Source: the human T2T-CHM13v2.0 reference genome, Homo sapiens | Strand: one strand, 5' to 3' | DNA length: 64,000 nucleotides | Assembly (NCBI RefSeq): GCF_009914755.1 | Contig: NC_060928.1 | Shown here: positions 39,024 through 52,803 of the stretch, piece by piece | Position numbering within the stretch: the first letter of the stretch is position 1 | Layout of the letters: every line of letters begins with the position of its first letter | Notes under the pieces: model-generated | What the model was told of the DNA's origin: nothing | Database searches by the model: none | The model's input: only the letters and a program-made list of their open reading frames with translations | Translations under genes and position numbers: made by a program

Positions 39024-40246
39024 GCACCATCAGCAGGGAATAAAAAAACCTGAAAATATAATCAAAGTACATTGATCTTCAGAAATCTATGGCTAATAAA
39101 TCGTAGTATTACTAAGGGTGAAATAGCACATCAGAACGTAGGTCGATTTAAATAATTAAAAGAAATTTTACAATAGAAAACTGTGATTTCTAGTCCAGTT
39201 TCTAGTTTTAAAATGTTTCATAGACACAGAGCTAATTGTTTCTAGAGTAGTCCAGTTTATCTTGGAGAAGGTATCTACAGCACCATTATTTATATATCAT
39301 AATCATTACCCATCCTTCCCTTAGCATCTGTAGACATTCTCTAGGGAGCCTATGTATTGGTGAAATAGGGATACTCAGATATTATACAATTGCATTATAA
39401 ATACTCTACAGAAAAGTAGGTGAAGTTCATTTGAAGGATGGGATTGCAAGATTGAGTAGTCACATATGCTTGGGATAGCTACTCAATAACATGCATTTGT
39501 GTTTGCTTGTTGGCATTTCTACCTCACTGCCCTTTTGCTTTACTCCTGTTTCTGGAATTGTATTCCTCATAAAGTTATGACAATAAATTTTTTATTCAGG
39601 CTTTGCTTAGTGGAGAACACAGGCTATGGCAATCTATCTCTACACTAAAAAAACAGACAGTGGGGATGTATTTTTTTGTGGTTTTTATTTTGCAATTCAA
39701 GACTTACACACTTATACTGTCTAATGATTATTTCTAAATTAACACTGATTTTCATAATTATTGTATCTCTGGAGAGCCGGTCGTGATGCCATTCTTTGTT
39801 TCTTTCAAGATGCAGGGAGCAATTTCAGCAAGCGTTGTTCCCTAAATAAAAGAAATACCACATCAGATCAAAGGTTATGTAAATCTTAGTTGCTACATGA
39901 GTTAGCTACCCTATTTTTATGACATTTTACATCAGTCACCCAAATAATAGTAACACAGTCCCTGGCCCCCATCCCATCAGCTGCCACAAGACGCAAAAGA
40001 CTAAGAGAAAATTATATAAATGTACCTCCTCTTTCTTTTCATTTACTTCACCCAGAACTATACATTTTTCTAAGTATTTGACTATGAATTTATTTTTGCA
40101 TATACATCTCAAACACTGGAATATTAATTTATTTTTTAGTACAATTTTAAATTGTCCTGCCAGGAAATACATATTCTCTCTTTTCAAAAGCTTACTGTAT
40201 TTTTCTTATGCAAGTCATGCTTCAATCTCATACAACTGGAATATTT

Positions 40247-40247
<1 letters not shown>

Positions 40248-40291
<44 letters not shown>
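40248..40291. repeat. (TG)n microsatellite
   Basis: Perfect TG run of about 21 units. Confidence 0.97.
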
Positions 40292-40293
<2 letters not shown>

Positions 40294-40644
40294 TTAATTC
40301 CTCCCCACTATCCAATCCCCCAACTTCACACATTGCCTTCACATTTTTCGTACTTTGATAGTCTGTTTAAATTTTTTTCCTTGGTTCTTACTCTCAGGTG
40401 AATAGGTCAAATATACTTTTCATTCACCTATTCATAGTCCCTTTTATATCACTGAGCATGGTTATATGGCTGAGCTAAAGAAAATTCGTATTTGAAAATT
40501 TTCACATCTGGATCATTCTAAAATTGATTTCCTTAAATGTCTTTTCTTTTAGAAAGCATAATTTTTTTTTCTTTTCATTATTTGATTTTATCATTTACTA
40601 AACATTGTGATTACCACATTAAACACTCTAAATTCTCTTATTAT

Positions 40645-40950
40645 ATATTTTGAGAAAGGTCTCACTTTGTCACCAAGACTGGAGTTCTGTAGCGTGAACA
40701 TGGCTCACTGCAGCCTCAACTTCCTGGGCTCAATCGACCCTCCTGCCTCAGCCCCCCAAGTAGCTGGACTTACAGACGTGTGCCACCACACCTGGCCAAT
40801 TTTCTTTTCTTGTATTTTTTTTTTTTTTTTTTTTTGTAGAGACAGGGTGTCGCCATGTTGCCTAGGCCGGTCTCAAATTCCTGGGCTCAAGCAGCACTCC
40901 TGCCTCAGCCTCCCAAAGTGCTGGAATTCCAGCTGTGGACCACTACACCC
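40645..40950 (-). mobile_element. AluJ
   Basis: GGCTCACTGCAGCCTCAAC and CCTGGGCTCAAGCA AluJ diagnostics. Confidence 0.9.
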
Positions 40951-41422
40951 ATCTATATTCTTTTCTTGTAAAGAGTATTACTTTTATTTGTTTGTTCATT
41001 GAGCTTAGCAGACAATTAAGTTGATTGTACTTGCTATCAGATGGCAGGTAAAATCTGGTCTGTTCCTTCATTTAACTAGGATGCATGTAGTCTTCCTTGA
41101 TTCCTACCTTATGTGGGAGTCAGCCGGAGATTTGGGCAGCACTTACTCACAAATTTTTAGAAGCCTGGTCTCTGGTTCTTCTCTTTTTAAACTTTTTTCT
41201 GATACTTTGCTTACTTTGTTGTACTCTTAACCTCTTCCTCTAGTTCCTTAAGCCAGAAATACTTCTGTCAGAACTTTGTTTAATGTGGTACCTATTAGTG
41301 CCAACATCTTCCTTTTAATCCTTAATCTTTGCCCACATTCCTGAGAATACTTTATCCATGAAAATAACAGTAAAATCATTTCCACATATCAATCTGCAAA
41401 AGAGCTACTTTAAAACACAGTT

Positions 41423-41703
41423 AGGCAAGACGCAGTGGCTTACCCTGTAAACCCCGCACTTTGGGAGACAGAAAAGGGAGGATCACTTGAGCCCTGTTTG
41501 AGACAAGCAACATAGAGAGACCTAATCTCTATAAAAAATTTTAAAACTTAGCCAGGCAGGGTGGCTTATGCCTGTGGTCACAGCTACTCGGGAGGCTGAG
41601 TTTGAAAGATCACTTGAGCCTAGAAGGTTGAGGTTGCAGTGATCTCTGATCACACCACTGTGCTCCAGCCTGGGTGACAGGATAAGACCCTGTCCAAAAA
41701 AAA
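41423..41703 (+). mobile_element. AluJ
   Basis: GGGAGGATCACTTGAGCCC...AGACCCTGTC followed by an A tail. Confidence 0.9.
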
Positions 41704-42625
41704 GTCAAGTTTGTCAATAACATGGGAGTATCTGAGATGCTAAATTAAGTAAGAAAAGAAAATAGCTTTGTCGCTGGAAAATAGAACTGCACTACCTTCA
41801 TCCTAAATTGTCTCATGAAAGAAAATGTAGGAACTCACAGAAAAAGCAATACAGACCCTAAGCAAGAATATCCTCTAAGACTCTCCTGGTAGTGAGATAG
41901 GGCAGGAGGAGGGAGCACTGATGGAAGCCAACCAAAAAGAATTCCAATTATTAACTGAATCAGAATGGTGACCACTTTTTGATGATGAAAAAGCCTATTG
42001 CCCATAGTCATCATGATCTTTAAGTTATTTTAATAATAAGACAATTCATGCAAATCATCAATGGTGTGTTGTTTCCCAGCCACATCTTCTTCATCTTACT
42101 CTTCTCTTGAAGAAACAGGCCACCTAGTGTTACCGTGTGTCACTAGGTAAAAAGCAATATGTGTACGTGGACATATCATATTCCAGCTGGCCAATTACAT
42201 GCTGAAATTGTTCTGGATAGGATCTAAGGATTAAAATCCATGCAGAAGAAACCGTGTTCAAGCCTAAAATTTTTAATATTTCTCCAAATTTCAGTTACTA
42301 TAATTCAAACATTTAATTCATCCATTAATGGGCAGGAAAGGCATTCTGCTTTTTGCTATCAGGTTACCAAAATGAAATTGCAAAGAAGTGTTAAATTATT
42401 TGATGAATTTATTTTAATAGAAAATATTATACTGAAACATTCAGATATATTTATATCTTATTATAAAAGATAGATGCTCAATGCCAGGTAGCCTGAGAGT
42501 CTCTTCTGTTCAACTCTTCATTACCTGCCATAAGACTTGCTTTGCATCATATCTGCTGACACTTTATAGTCTACAGTCCGCTTAAAATATAAGACAGAAT
42601 CCTTTTCCCTAAAACTTATTCTTAC

Positions 42626-42884
42626 TTTTGAAATGCTGGCTCAATTACAAGGGGATTTTCTCCCAGGGCTGAAGTTCTTTTCTTGAGCTCTGATGATGTG
42701 TTTCCTTTCTGAAGCTTCACTGGGCTTGGGACCCATTCTTCTGTGGTCTCAGAATGCCAGAACAAGGAATCCTATACTGACTTCCTCCCCAGAGCGGCCT
42801 GAGGTCCACGGTTTAATTTAAAACATGTAAACTGTAATAATTGGAAACTGCAGGGAGCCAAGACAATTTGTTAAATCTGCATAC
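42626..42884 (-). pseudogene. Fossil exon E8
   Basis: Acceptor TATTTCTGCTTCACAG|G; donor AA|GTAAGA; YADLTNCLGSLQFPIITV then frameshift to TCFKLNRGPQAALGRKSV*DSLFWHSETTEEWVPSPVKLQKGNTSSELKKRTSALGENPLVIEPAFQ. Confidence 0.7.
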
Positions 42885-43049
42885 CTGTGAAGCAGAAATA
42901 GCGGAATTGTGAAAGTCAAGTCCCAAACAAGAATGGTTCATTTTATATTGTTCAAAATGAAATATCAGGAATAAATAACACCAGGGTAGAAAAAAACGTA
43001 GTTATTATAGCGAAAGCTCAGGCCCTCAATGACTAGGAAAGTAGAAAAA

Positions 43050-43141
43050 GAGAGAAAGGAGGAGGAGGAAGAGGATAAGGGGGAAGAAGAGGAGGAGAAG
43101 GAGGAGGAGGAGGAGGAGAAGGAGGAAGAGAAGGAGGAGGC
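43050..43141. repeat. (GAG/GAA)n purine-rich tract
   Basis: GGAGGAGGAAGAGG low-complexity run. Confidence 0.9.
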
Positions 43142-44200
43142 AGCAATGAGGACATTGTTGTTACACACATACAAACAACACACACATCATATGACACTCA
43201 GGTGACCTTATAAATTCCAATCACAATTTGGTCTCAGAAATGGTATCATTGATAGTTCATTTGACTTTAATATTGTCTTTGTCATTCTCAGGATTACTAA
43301 TAATACGCAATTTATACATACATGGTTTCCTTAAAATTCTAGCGAGATAAATGGAAAAACCGAAGGTAACTGTAGAAGTTGAATTTTAAGGAAAATTACC
43401 AGCAGTATAGTACCACAAGGAAGAACAAAATTCAGAAAGGAAGGTGGGAGATGAAGACAATCTATAAGAAGAATAAACAGTATCTGGAAAAAGGTACCAA
43501 AGGCACTTAGCTTCACTGGGTTCAGCTTACAGCATGGAGTGAGGACTGAGTTAATTAAAGGAAAAGAAACAACAATCAGCAAATCCATTCAGAGTGAAAC
43601 AGAGAGTTCAAGCTGAGTGGACATGCTGCAGCATCTTTTGATAGGCCTGGGTAATCTGAAGAGTAAATGGTCATCTGAAGAAAGTAAAGTCCTAAGCCAT
43701 TGTCTATAAAGTAGGTTGGTTTCCTTGACAGTGAGTGCATTTCATAGGTATTAAATATTCCATTTTGCAGACACTGCCAACTTTCTTTATATTTATACTC
43801 CACTGAAGAGAAACTTGGATCTATTACCCCCAAAAACATAAAGTAAAACCATGAACAAAGTACTATGCAGATTGCTATGTAAGTGTTGAATTAGAAGGTA
43901 TAGTGGATGTGACTAAGAAATAATTTCTGGAATTTCTTTTGAAAATAGGGAAGTTCCAGTAGTCAATAGTTGATCTAATGTTTATAATGAATTGCTTACA
44001 CTTTTGTAACTTCAGTAGGGTTATGACAATATTACTGAAAGACACCTTGAAATAAAAGAGTTATTACATGGGCCTTATATGAAATGAGTGTCTCCTTATG
44101 TAATGTAGTATATTGTCTCATTCCAATATCACCTCTTATTTCCTCATATCATTTATCTGTTCCAAACAAACAAAACCCTGCTGTATGTAATAGGTATTAC

Positions 44201-44899
44201 TTGGTTGTAGAAAGTAAATATTTTGGAAAAGTGAACTTTCAAAGCTATACTACAGCTAAAACCACATAGATTGATTATTCTTAAATGTTGTGTATTTTTG
44301 CTGATCTGACTGACATTCGGGTGAAAGTAGAGCTGTCACTATTTGGTGACAAAGTAACATGTATTTTGAAAATTCTTTTCTTTTTTTCTGTTGCTTCTTG
44401 GGGCTCCCAATAGGAAACTAATTCTGCTTGTTCTTTTTCAAATACTGTATTGCTTGAAGACTTTGACAAACTGTGTAATGATGGGTTTAGTCCCTAGTAA
44501 TGAATGTCACGATCCTAACAATAAGATCCAACAAACAATTTGAAGTGATGTAATGCATGGTGATTCTGTGTAGAGTATACACAGAGTCTGATTGGTCTAA
44601 ATAATTACTGGAGTTTGGCGGAGATGTAGCGTGCACAACCCACCACGATGGCACCTGCTGGGACTGTACATTATTTTGAAAAATAATAGGTTCTTTCAAA
44701 GAAATGAAAGCTTTATAGTACAGTAATTGAATGCAGGCATCAATAAACTTGCTTTCTTTGTGTTCTTGAGAATCTCTTTATTTTGGGGTTTTGTTTTGTC
44801 ACCCATGTTATATTTTAAGGAGTTCCCATTAATCTCAGCATTATTATTTCTTGAGTTCCTTCAAAGAAGAATCAGTAGTTGACATTTTGGAAAATATAC
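44201..44899 (-). pseudogene. Fossil exon E7 (large internal exon)
   Basis: Acceptor TTTTTTTTTCTTTTCAG|G; donor AA|GTAATA; three successive long frames: VYFPKCQLLILL*RNSRNNNAEING...KLSF / KEPIIFQNNVQSQQVP... / SKSSSNTVFEKEQAELVSYWEP...KFTFPKYLLSTT. Confidence 0.68.
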
Positions 44900-46417
44900 C
44901 TGAAAAGAAAAAAAAATGTGCCTCTAGGGACTATAATTATGTATTTAGTACTCATTTTACGTAGGATATGAACATATAGGCAATGTAATTACTTATATAT
45001 ATATCATATGCATCTGATATATATATGTGTGTGTGTATATAAATATGTTATATATTATATGTCTACAGAGAGAGCAGAAACATGTTTATGCACTACACTG
45101 ATTGTGGAAGTTTATAGTGGTTTTATTCTGCAGTTTTGATTTTCAAACTATTTTGCTTTTTTATGCTGGCCTTTCTGCCTTTTGAGCATGGTCTCATTCT
45201 AGACAAAGAGGTAGGATTGTTACAATGGATTGAGGAGCAATGGGGCCACACAGAATGGTGGAAGAGATTATTTCATTTTTGCTTCTATTGAAGGACAAAG
45301 AAGGCCACGGGAAAATAATTTCCATAGCTTTTTTATTTCAAGAAAGTAGTTTGAGAGACAGAAACTTTATGATAGGACCCCAGGCACTGTCCCTGCTGGG
45401 TTATTGTTGGACATTTGAATAAATTAGACCACTGGAATCTACCAGAAATAACACTGTACCTAAATTTCAAGAAAAGGTGTCTTTCTGTGTTTCCCAAAGT
45501 GTGACTCATTTTTAATTACATTGCCTGATCTGAAAAAAGGGGACACAAAGTTGGCATGTTTTACTATTCAGATGGCGAGGACTAGGTCAGGTCTAGGTCT
45601 TTCAGAAAGTTTTAGGATAATGTCTATAAATGCAGAAGCTTCCTGTCAGATGAGACAGTGCAGAAATAGAGCATTTGAATCTATCATTAAAGAGCCAAGG
45701 GATACAGGGCAATTCTTACTTTTTAAAATTACTTTTCAAGTCAAGCCCTTTGCTATAATTTTTGCTTTACCAGTTGTCCTTTCTATCTTGTGAATTTTGA
45801 AACTTTGGGGCATTCTCCTTTACTCTCTCTGTTTTCTCATGGGAGAATGAAACTGATTGTCAGAGTGGGGAGTACCATGTAGCCCAAAGGCAAGTATTTC
45901 ATCTTTATTGAGTATGAAACTGTAGCAAGTTGCTTCTGAAGCATTTTTATTATTTTCATTAAAGCAATACAGTAAGAGTTATCTTATGAATCTTACATAT
46001 ATGCACACATATCTCATATATATATTCTACATATATCAATACGTATATACATGATTACCTTTTGAGATATATACATAAACATATTTAGTGCCCCATATTG
46101 ATGATATTTCAGAAGATATATGGAAAAGCAATGAAAATATTCCAAGCAACTCTCTCTCTGTTGGTATGCAGTTTCCTGTACTGTTTTCTTTATTCAGTGA
46201 AAATGCAAGAAGTCTATAATAAATGATATAAATAAAATATATTTGAAGAAAATGAAAAAATAAAGACTTTATCAATAAATACATACTTTGTAATCAAATC
46301 TAGCTACCCAAGTATTGTACCGTATTTATACAGAGGAATTTTTCCCACAAATATATAAGAAGTATCAGTTCCTGGAAAAAAATGGGAAATCAATACATTT
46401 TACTTCTCTGCACATAC

Positions 46418-46619
46418 CTTATAATTCTGGAAGATGAGGTTTGAAAAGAGAGGGCTAGCTACCTCACTGAGTGATGTAATTATATGTTTGGTAAGATTCA
46501 ACTATGTGTTGTTAGTTTAACGTCAAAGGGAAACCTAATAATGAACTGGATAACAGGTAGTTCTTTACGTACATAAAAACGTGCCTTGGAATATGCATCA
46601 CTATCTTGCATAGCTCGGT
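46418..46619 (-). pseudogene. Fossil exon E6
   Basis: Decayed acceptor TCTTTTTTGCAA|AC (or in-frame CGAG|CT); strong donor AAG|GTATGT; RAMQDSDAYSKARFYVRKELPVIQFIIRFPFDVKLTT / LTKHIITSLSEVASPLFSNLIFQNYK, which reads into E7. Confidence 0.65.
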
Positions 46620-46683
46620 TTGCAAAAAAGATACACACGAACACACACACACACACACGGCTCCCAATTATTATGGGTGTGTT

Positions 46684-46728
<45 letters not shown>

Positions 46729-46786
46729 AACATTTAAAATAACTGAAAATGTAACCCTATACATACTCAGTGAATGTATCCTTTAC

Positions 46787-47006
46787 CATCGAAATGAGAA
46801 TCTACAAATGATAAGACATTTTGCTTTTAGAGCATTGTTTTGTTGTTGATTTAATTCATGAATTTCTTTCATTATCACTAGCAGTGTTTACTTTTCTAAT
46901 GTGTGATAATGAACATTGTATGTGAAGATAGTTAAGCCACATTTGGAGCTTAGGAAACTTTTGATAAATGGATACAATCCTAGTACAAATTATGATAATA
47001 TGTTTG
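46787..47006 (-). pseudogene. Fossil exon E5
   Basis: Acceptor CCTTTTTTCTTCAG|C; donor ATG|GTAAAG; ...IVSIYQKFPKLQMWLNYLHIQC... / KQNVLSFVDSHFD. Confidence 0.55.
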
Positions 47007-47218
47007 CTGAAGAAAAAAGGCTTTTTAAGCAAGCATTTAAATGTCATTGTAGAAAGCATAGTACCTTGTAGGAAAAAAGAAAACCAAACAAAACAGAGGT
47101 GTACCAATTAGAAAATTACAAGTTGTATGAGACAATACATATTTATTTACTTAGTTTTAATTTTGTAAATTATATCTATAAATATAAAAGAAAATGTGTC
47201 AATGTGTAAGTTTCTCTG

Positions 47219-50060
47219 TTTTTTTATTTTTTGTTTTTATTATACTCTAAGATCTGGGGTACATGTGCAGAACGTGCAGTTTTGTTACATAGGTATACAT
47301 GTGCCATGGTGGTTTGCTGCACCCATCAACCCATCACCTACATTAGGTATTTCTCCTAATGTTATCCTTCCCCTACTCCCCCAACCTCCAACAGGCATCA
47401 GTGTGTGATGTTCCTCTCCCTATGTCCATGAGTTCTCATTGTTCAACTCCCACTTATAAGTGAGAACACGTGGGGTTTGGTTTTCTGTTCTTGTGATAGT
47501 TTGCTGAGAATGATGGTTTCCAGCTTCATCCATGTCCCTGCAAAGGACATGAACTCATTCTTTTTTATGGCTGCATAGTATTCCATGGTGTAGATGTGCC
47601 ACATTTCCTTTATCCAGTCTATTATTAATGGACATTTGGGTTGTTCCAAGTCTTTGCTATTGTGAACAGTGCTGCAATAAACATACATGTGCCTGTGTCT
47701 TTACAGCAGAATGATTTATAATTCTTTGGGTATAAACCCAGTAATGGGATTGCTGAGTGAAGTGGTATTTCTACTTCTAGATCCTTGAGGAGTCACTACA
47801 CTGTCTTCCACAATGGTTGAACTAATTTACACTCCCACCAACAGTGTAAAAGCGTTCCTATTTCTCCACATCCTCTCCAGCATCTGTTGTTTCCTGACTT
47901 TTTAATGATCACCATTCTAACTGGCATGAGATGGTATCTCATTGTGGTTTTGATTTGCATTTCTCTAATGACCAGTGATAACGAGAATTTTTTCATATGT
48001 CTGTTGGCTGTATAAATGTCTTCTTTTGAGAAGAGTCTGTTCATATCCTTTGCCCACTTTTTGAGAGGGTTGTTTGATTTTTTCTTGTAAATTTGCTTAA
48101 GTTCTTTGTAGAATCTGGATATTCAGACTTTATCAGATGAATAGATTGCAAACATTTTCTCCCATTCTGTAGGTTGCCTTTTCACTCTGATGAAAGTTTT
48201 TTTTTCTTTTTTTTCATTTTCTTTTTTTTTTTTTTTTTTTGCTGTGCAGAAGCTCTTTGGTTTAATTAGATCCCATTTGTCAATTTTGGCTTTTGTTTTG
48301 CATTGCTTTTGGTGTTTTAGACATGAAGTCTTTGCCCATGCCTATGTTCTGAATGGTATTGCCCAGGTTTTCTTCTAGGATTTTTATGGTCCTAGGTCTT
48401 ACATTTAAGCCTTTGGTCCATCTTGAGTTGACTTTTGTATAAGGTGTAAGGAAGGGGTCTGGTTTCAGTTTTCTTCATATGGTTATTAAATAGGGAATCT
48501 TTTCCCCATTGCTTTTTTGTGTCAGGTTTGTCAAAGATCAGATGGTTGTAGATGTGTGGTATTATTTCTGAGGCCTCTGTTGTGTTCCATTGGCATATAT
48601 ATATCTGTTTTGGTACCAGTATCATGCTGTTTTAGTTACTGTAGCCTTGCAGTGTAGTTTGAAGTCTAGTAGCGTGATGCCTCCAGCTTTGTTCTTTTTG
48701 CTTAGGATTGACTTGGCTATGTGGGCTCTTTTTTGGTTCCATATGAAGTTTAAAGTAGCTTTTTCCAATCTATGAAGAAAGTCAGTGGTAGCTTGATGGG
48801 GATAGCATTGAATGTATAAATTACTTTGGGCAGTATGGCCATTTTCACCATATAGATTCTTCCTATCCATGAGCATGGAATGGTTTTCCATTTGTTTGTG
48901 TCCTCTCTTATTTTCTTGAGCAGTGGTTTGTTGTTCTCCTTGAAAATATCCTTCACAACCCTTGTAAATTGTATTCCTAGGTATTTTACTTTCTTTGTAG
49001 CAACTGTGAATGGGAGTTCTCTCATGATTTGTGTCTCTGTCTATTATTGGTGTATAGTAATGCTTGTGATTTTTGCACATTGATTTTGTATCCTGAGAAT
49101 TTGCTGAAGTTGCTTATCAGCTTAAAGAGATTTTGGGCTGAGACAATGGGGTTTTCCAAATATACAATCATGTTATCTGCAAACACAGACAATTTGACTT
49201 CCTCTCTTCTTATTTGAATACGCTTTATTTCTTTCTCTTGTCTGATTGCCTAGGCTTGAACTTCCAATACTATGTTGACTAGGAGTGGAGAGAGAAGTCA
49301 CCTTTGTCTTGTGCCAGTTTTCAAAAGGAATACTTCCAGTTTTTGCCCATTCAGTATGATATTGGCTGTGGGTTTTTCATAGATAGCTCTTATTATTTTG
49401 AGATACATCCCATCAATACCTAATTTTTTGAGAGTTTTTAGCATGAAGTGTTGTTAAATTTTGTCAAATGACTTTTCTGCATCTATTGAGATAATAATGT
49501 GGTTTTTGTGATTGGTTCTGTTTATGTGATGGATTACATTTATTGATTTATGTATGTTGAACCAGTCTTGCATCCCAGGTATGACCGTGGTGAATAAGCT
49601 TTTTGATGTTCTGCTACATTTGGTTTGCTAGTATTTTATTGAGGATTTTCTCATCGATGTTCATCAAGGATATTGATTTGAAATTTTCTTTTTTTGTTGT
49701 GTCTCTGCCAGGTTTTGCTATCAGGATGATACTGGCCTCATAAAATTAGTTAGGGAGGATTCCCTCTTTTTTCTATTGTTTGGTATAGTTTCAGAAGGAA
49801 TGGTATCAGCTCCTCTTTGTACCTCTGGTAGAATTTGGCTGTGAATCCATCTGGGTAGGCTATTAATTACTGCCTCAATTTCAGAGGCTGTTATTGGTTT
49901 ATTCAGGGATTCAACTTCTTCCTGGTTTAGACTTGGGAGGGTGTATGTGTCCAGGAATTTATCCATTTCTTCTAGATTTTCTAGTTTATTTGTGTAGAAT
50001 TGTTTATAGTATTCTCTGATGGTACTTTGTATTTCTATGGGATCAGTGGTGATATCCCCT
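47219..50060 (-). mobile_element. 5'-truncated L1PA (L1PA7-like)
   Basis: ORF2 fragments ([40 protein letters not shown]), 3'UTR and T-rich tail; TSD AGTTTCTCTG at 47209-47218 and 50061-50070. Confidence 0.95.
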
Positions 50061-50091
50061 AGTTTCTCTGCTTTTAGATACTGAACTTAGC

Positions 50092-50853
50092 CTTTTTTTT
50101 AAGTCCCCAGTCAGATGGAGCAAATCTTAATAAATTTCAGTAGCTGTGAATTTACTCATTAGGAAAGACTCAGTAAGGAGTAAAATCTTGTCCTCAGAGT
50201 CAGCATAAATATCTGAGTTCCACACAGACCCTCTGCATCCTCCTCATCTCCAGGGCTACAGATCTATTGGCTCTCTCTCAGCTGAGTTTTCTACCTTTCT
50301 TCCGGCTAGAGGGACAGATTAGAAAAACATTTAGGTGCTCTTCCCACTGTTCTGGATCTTTTGAAATTGTGAAGGATTGTGACAGTCTCTCTCAAATGGT
50401 CTCTCCACACCCCAGTACCACTCCTGGAGAGCTTCTGCCATTCTGTGGTGGCTCAGTTAACTCCATGAGACTTGTTACCACCAAGGGCTCCAAAGGGGAA
50501 AAGATGCATGCATCTCAAATTTCCAGAAGTCTCTGTCACTTTTATCACTTTCATGAGCCACGTCCAGAACTCAGTCTCAGAGAACAAATATAAGGATTTC
50601 CTGAAACGTCCATTGAACATTTCTTTTTCGTGTTTCTTGTCCTTGTTTTCTTCTTCTGTTTCCTGCATAATGCTAAAGTCATTTTCTCAGTTTTAATATT
50701 GCAAATAATTGCTGATAATGTGTTTCAAATTTCTTCGACAAATATTTTCATTTTAATACAAGATTTACATAATTGAATGTGGTATTTGTTGTTAATTTGC
50801 TTAACAACTTTGGGAAGTTAGATTCATATATTTGAGGGAAGGACTTCCATGGC
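50092..50853 (-). pseudogene. Fossil exon E4 (large; 3' boundary uncertain)
   Basis: Acceptor TTATTTTGGTATTACAG|G; PWKSFPQIYESNFPKLLSKLTT...; QETEEENKDKKHEKEMFNGRFRKSLYLFSETEFWTWL; DKILLLTESFLMSKFTATEIY*DLLHLTGDLKK; possible decayed donor AAG|GCTAAGT. Confidence 0.62.
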
Positions 50854-51065
50854 CTGTAATACCAAAATAACATAGAAACCATACAACATAAAATGTTTTG
50901 ATAAAAGTCAGATATAAAATGATGTGAATACAGTGTCTTTTAATTAATTGAAGTATTCATCTCTGAGTGAATATTCTGTTAAAGTTTTCTAACGCTCTTC
51001 AGGAAAATCCTGGCATCGTGGATTGCCTGAGAAATGTATGTGGTCATTAGGTTTTCAGCATTATT

Positions 51066-51578
51066 CAGTCATCCCCTCTTTTTCATGATTTCAGTTACCC
51101 ATAGTCAACTGCAGTCTAAATATATTAAGTGGAAAATTCCAAATAAACAATTCATAAGTTTTAAAATGCACTCCATTCTGAGTAGCATGATGAAATCTTG
51201 TGCTGTTTCACTCCATTCTGCTTGGGACATGAATTGTCCCTTTTGCCGTTAGTCACTTAGTAGTCTTACCAGTTATCAAATCCACTGTTGCAATATCTTA
51301 TTGCCTGTGTTCAAGTAACACTTTTTTTTTTACTTAATCTGACTTCAAAGTGCAAGAATAGTGATGCTGGTATATTTTCATAATTATTAATATTCTATTT
51401 TACTATAAGATATTGCTGTTAGTCTTTTAGTTTGCCTAACTTATAAATTAAATTTTAACATGGATATGCATGTACAGGAGAAAACATAGTATATATAGGG
51501 TTTGGTACTATCTGTGCTTTCAGCATTCATTGAGGGTCTTAAAATGTAGACCCCCCCACAAATAAAGGGAAAGTATTG
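51066..51578. mobile_element. MER44-like Tigger derivative
   Basis: TTCAGTTACCCATAGTCAACTGCAGTCT...CATGTACAGGAGAAAACATAGTATATATAGGGTTTGGTACTATC. Confidence 0.85.
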
Positions 51579-51704
51579 TATTATAATTAAGTTGCAAATA
51601 CTAGTCTTTAATATTATTTGTCTTTTAGACATTTCATTTTCTCTTTCATAACTGTATTATAATTTTGTTTTCTGATTTTTAATTTTCTTGGTCAGATTTT
51701 AAAG

Positions 51705-52000
<296 letters not shown>

Positions 52001-52519
52001 ATAGTTTTTGTCTGTTTTAATGCTATTTTAAAGAGAGAAAAGCTTTGAAAATCTGATGAAGAAAACTAGAATCATCTAAGCTTTTGACAATTTTTTTCAC
52101 TCTATTCCATTAGTGACAACTTACAGGTTTTTTGCTTCTCGCTTTTCGCTATTGTCAGCTTATAGCTCTACCTGTTTTTTGCTACTCACTTTAACATATT
52201 GTCTCATAACTTTTATAATTATATGATTGATATGTATTTTATCAAAGTATATATTTCTATTATCTTTTTTAAACTAACTTTTCTGCAAAGTGCATTTCAG
52301 ATAAGTCATATTAATTTTGATAAGTTTGTCTTCAAAAAATGTTTATTTTGTTCATAAAAGTTCAACTTTTATATTCTCTTTGAGCAAGAGTGTAACAGGA
52401 ATAATATTCATTAGTTTAATGTACCAAAGAGTTTTCAGAGTTTTTTTCAGATTTTGTTTTTTCTGAGGAAATCAAAAATTATAGCAATCATTATAGCATA
52501 TAAGATAATTTGGATTGGC

Positions 52520-52685
52520 AGTTTTGCAGATAAAAATATATGGTACACAATTAAATTTAAATTTCAGTAAAGGTACTTTATTAGCAGATGTTCTATATGT
52601 TATGTGACACAATTGTGCTAAAAAGTCTTATTTATCTGAAATTCTAATTGAACTAGATTTTCTATGTTACACTGGGCAACATTAA
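52520..52685. mobile_element. MER53-like hAT MITE
   Basis: Palindromic TTGCAGATAAAA...TTAAATTTAAATTTCAG / TTTATCTGAAATTCTAATTGAACT...GGCAAC. Confidence 0.7.
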
Positions 52686-52803
52686 TAACAATGTTTTTAT
52701 AGTTAATTATGGGTAATTTTTCTATCTGAATTTGTTATAAAAAGCAGAATGTACATCATTAAAATTTTCAGAAAGCACAATAAATAGCATTCCTTTTACA
52801 TAC

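Noticed and set aside
39919-40401. 160-aa plus-strand ORF
   Set aside because: Low-complexity frame running through a (TG)n microsatellite; no splice or domain support.
42122-42148. 8-bp inverted repeat ACCTAGTG...CACTAGGT
   Set aside because: Too short to be significant in 64 kb.
43576-43839. 87-aa minus-strand ORF with an acceptor-like TCTCTTCAG at 43803, a candidate extra exon
   Set aside because: Its open frame is phase 1 whereas E7 and E8 join in phase 2 without it, and no convincing donor follows. Not fully excluded.
47151-47176. Possible ~25-nt micro-exon between E4 and E5 (TTTTCTTTTATATTTATAG|...CTAA|GTAAAT)
   Set aside because: Too short and AT-rich to distinguish from chance; the pre-L1 upstream intron would be only about 64 nt.
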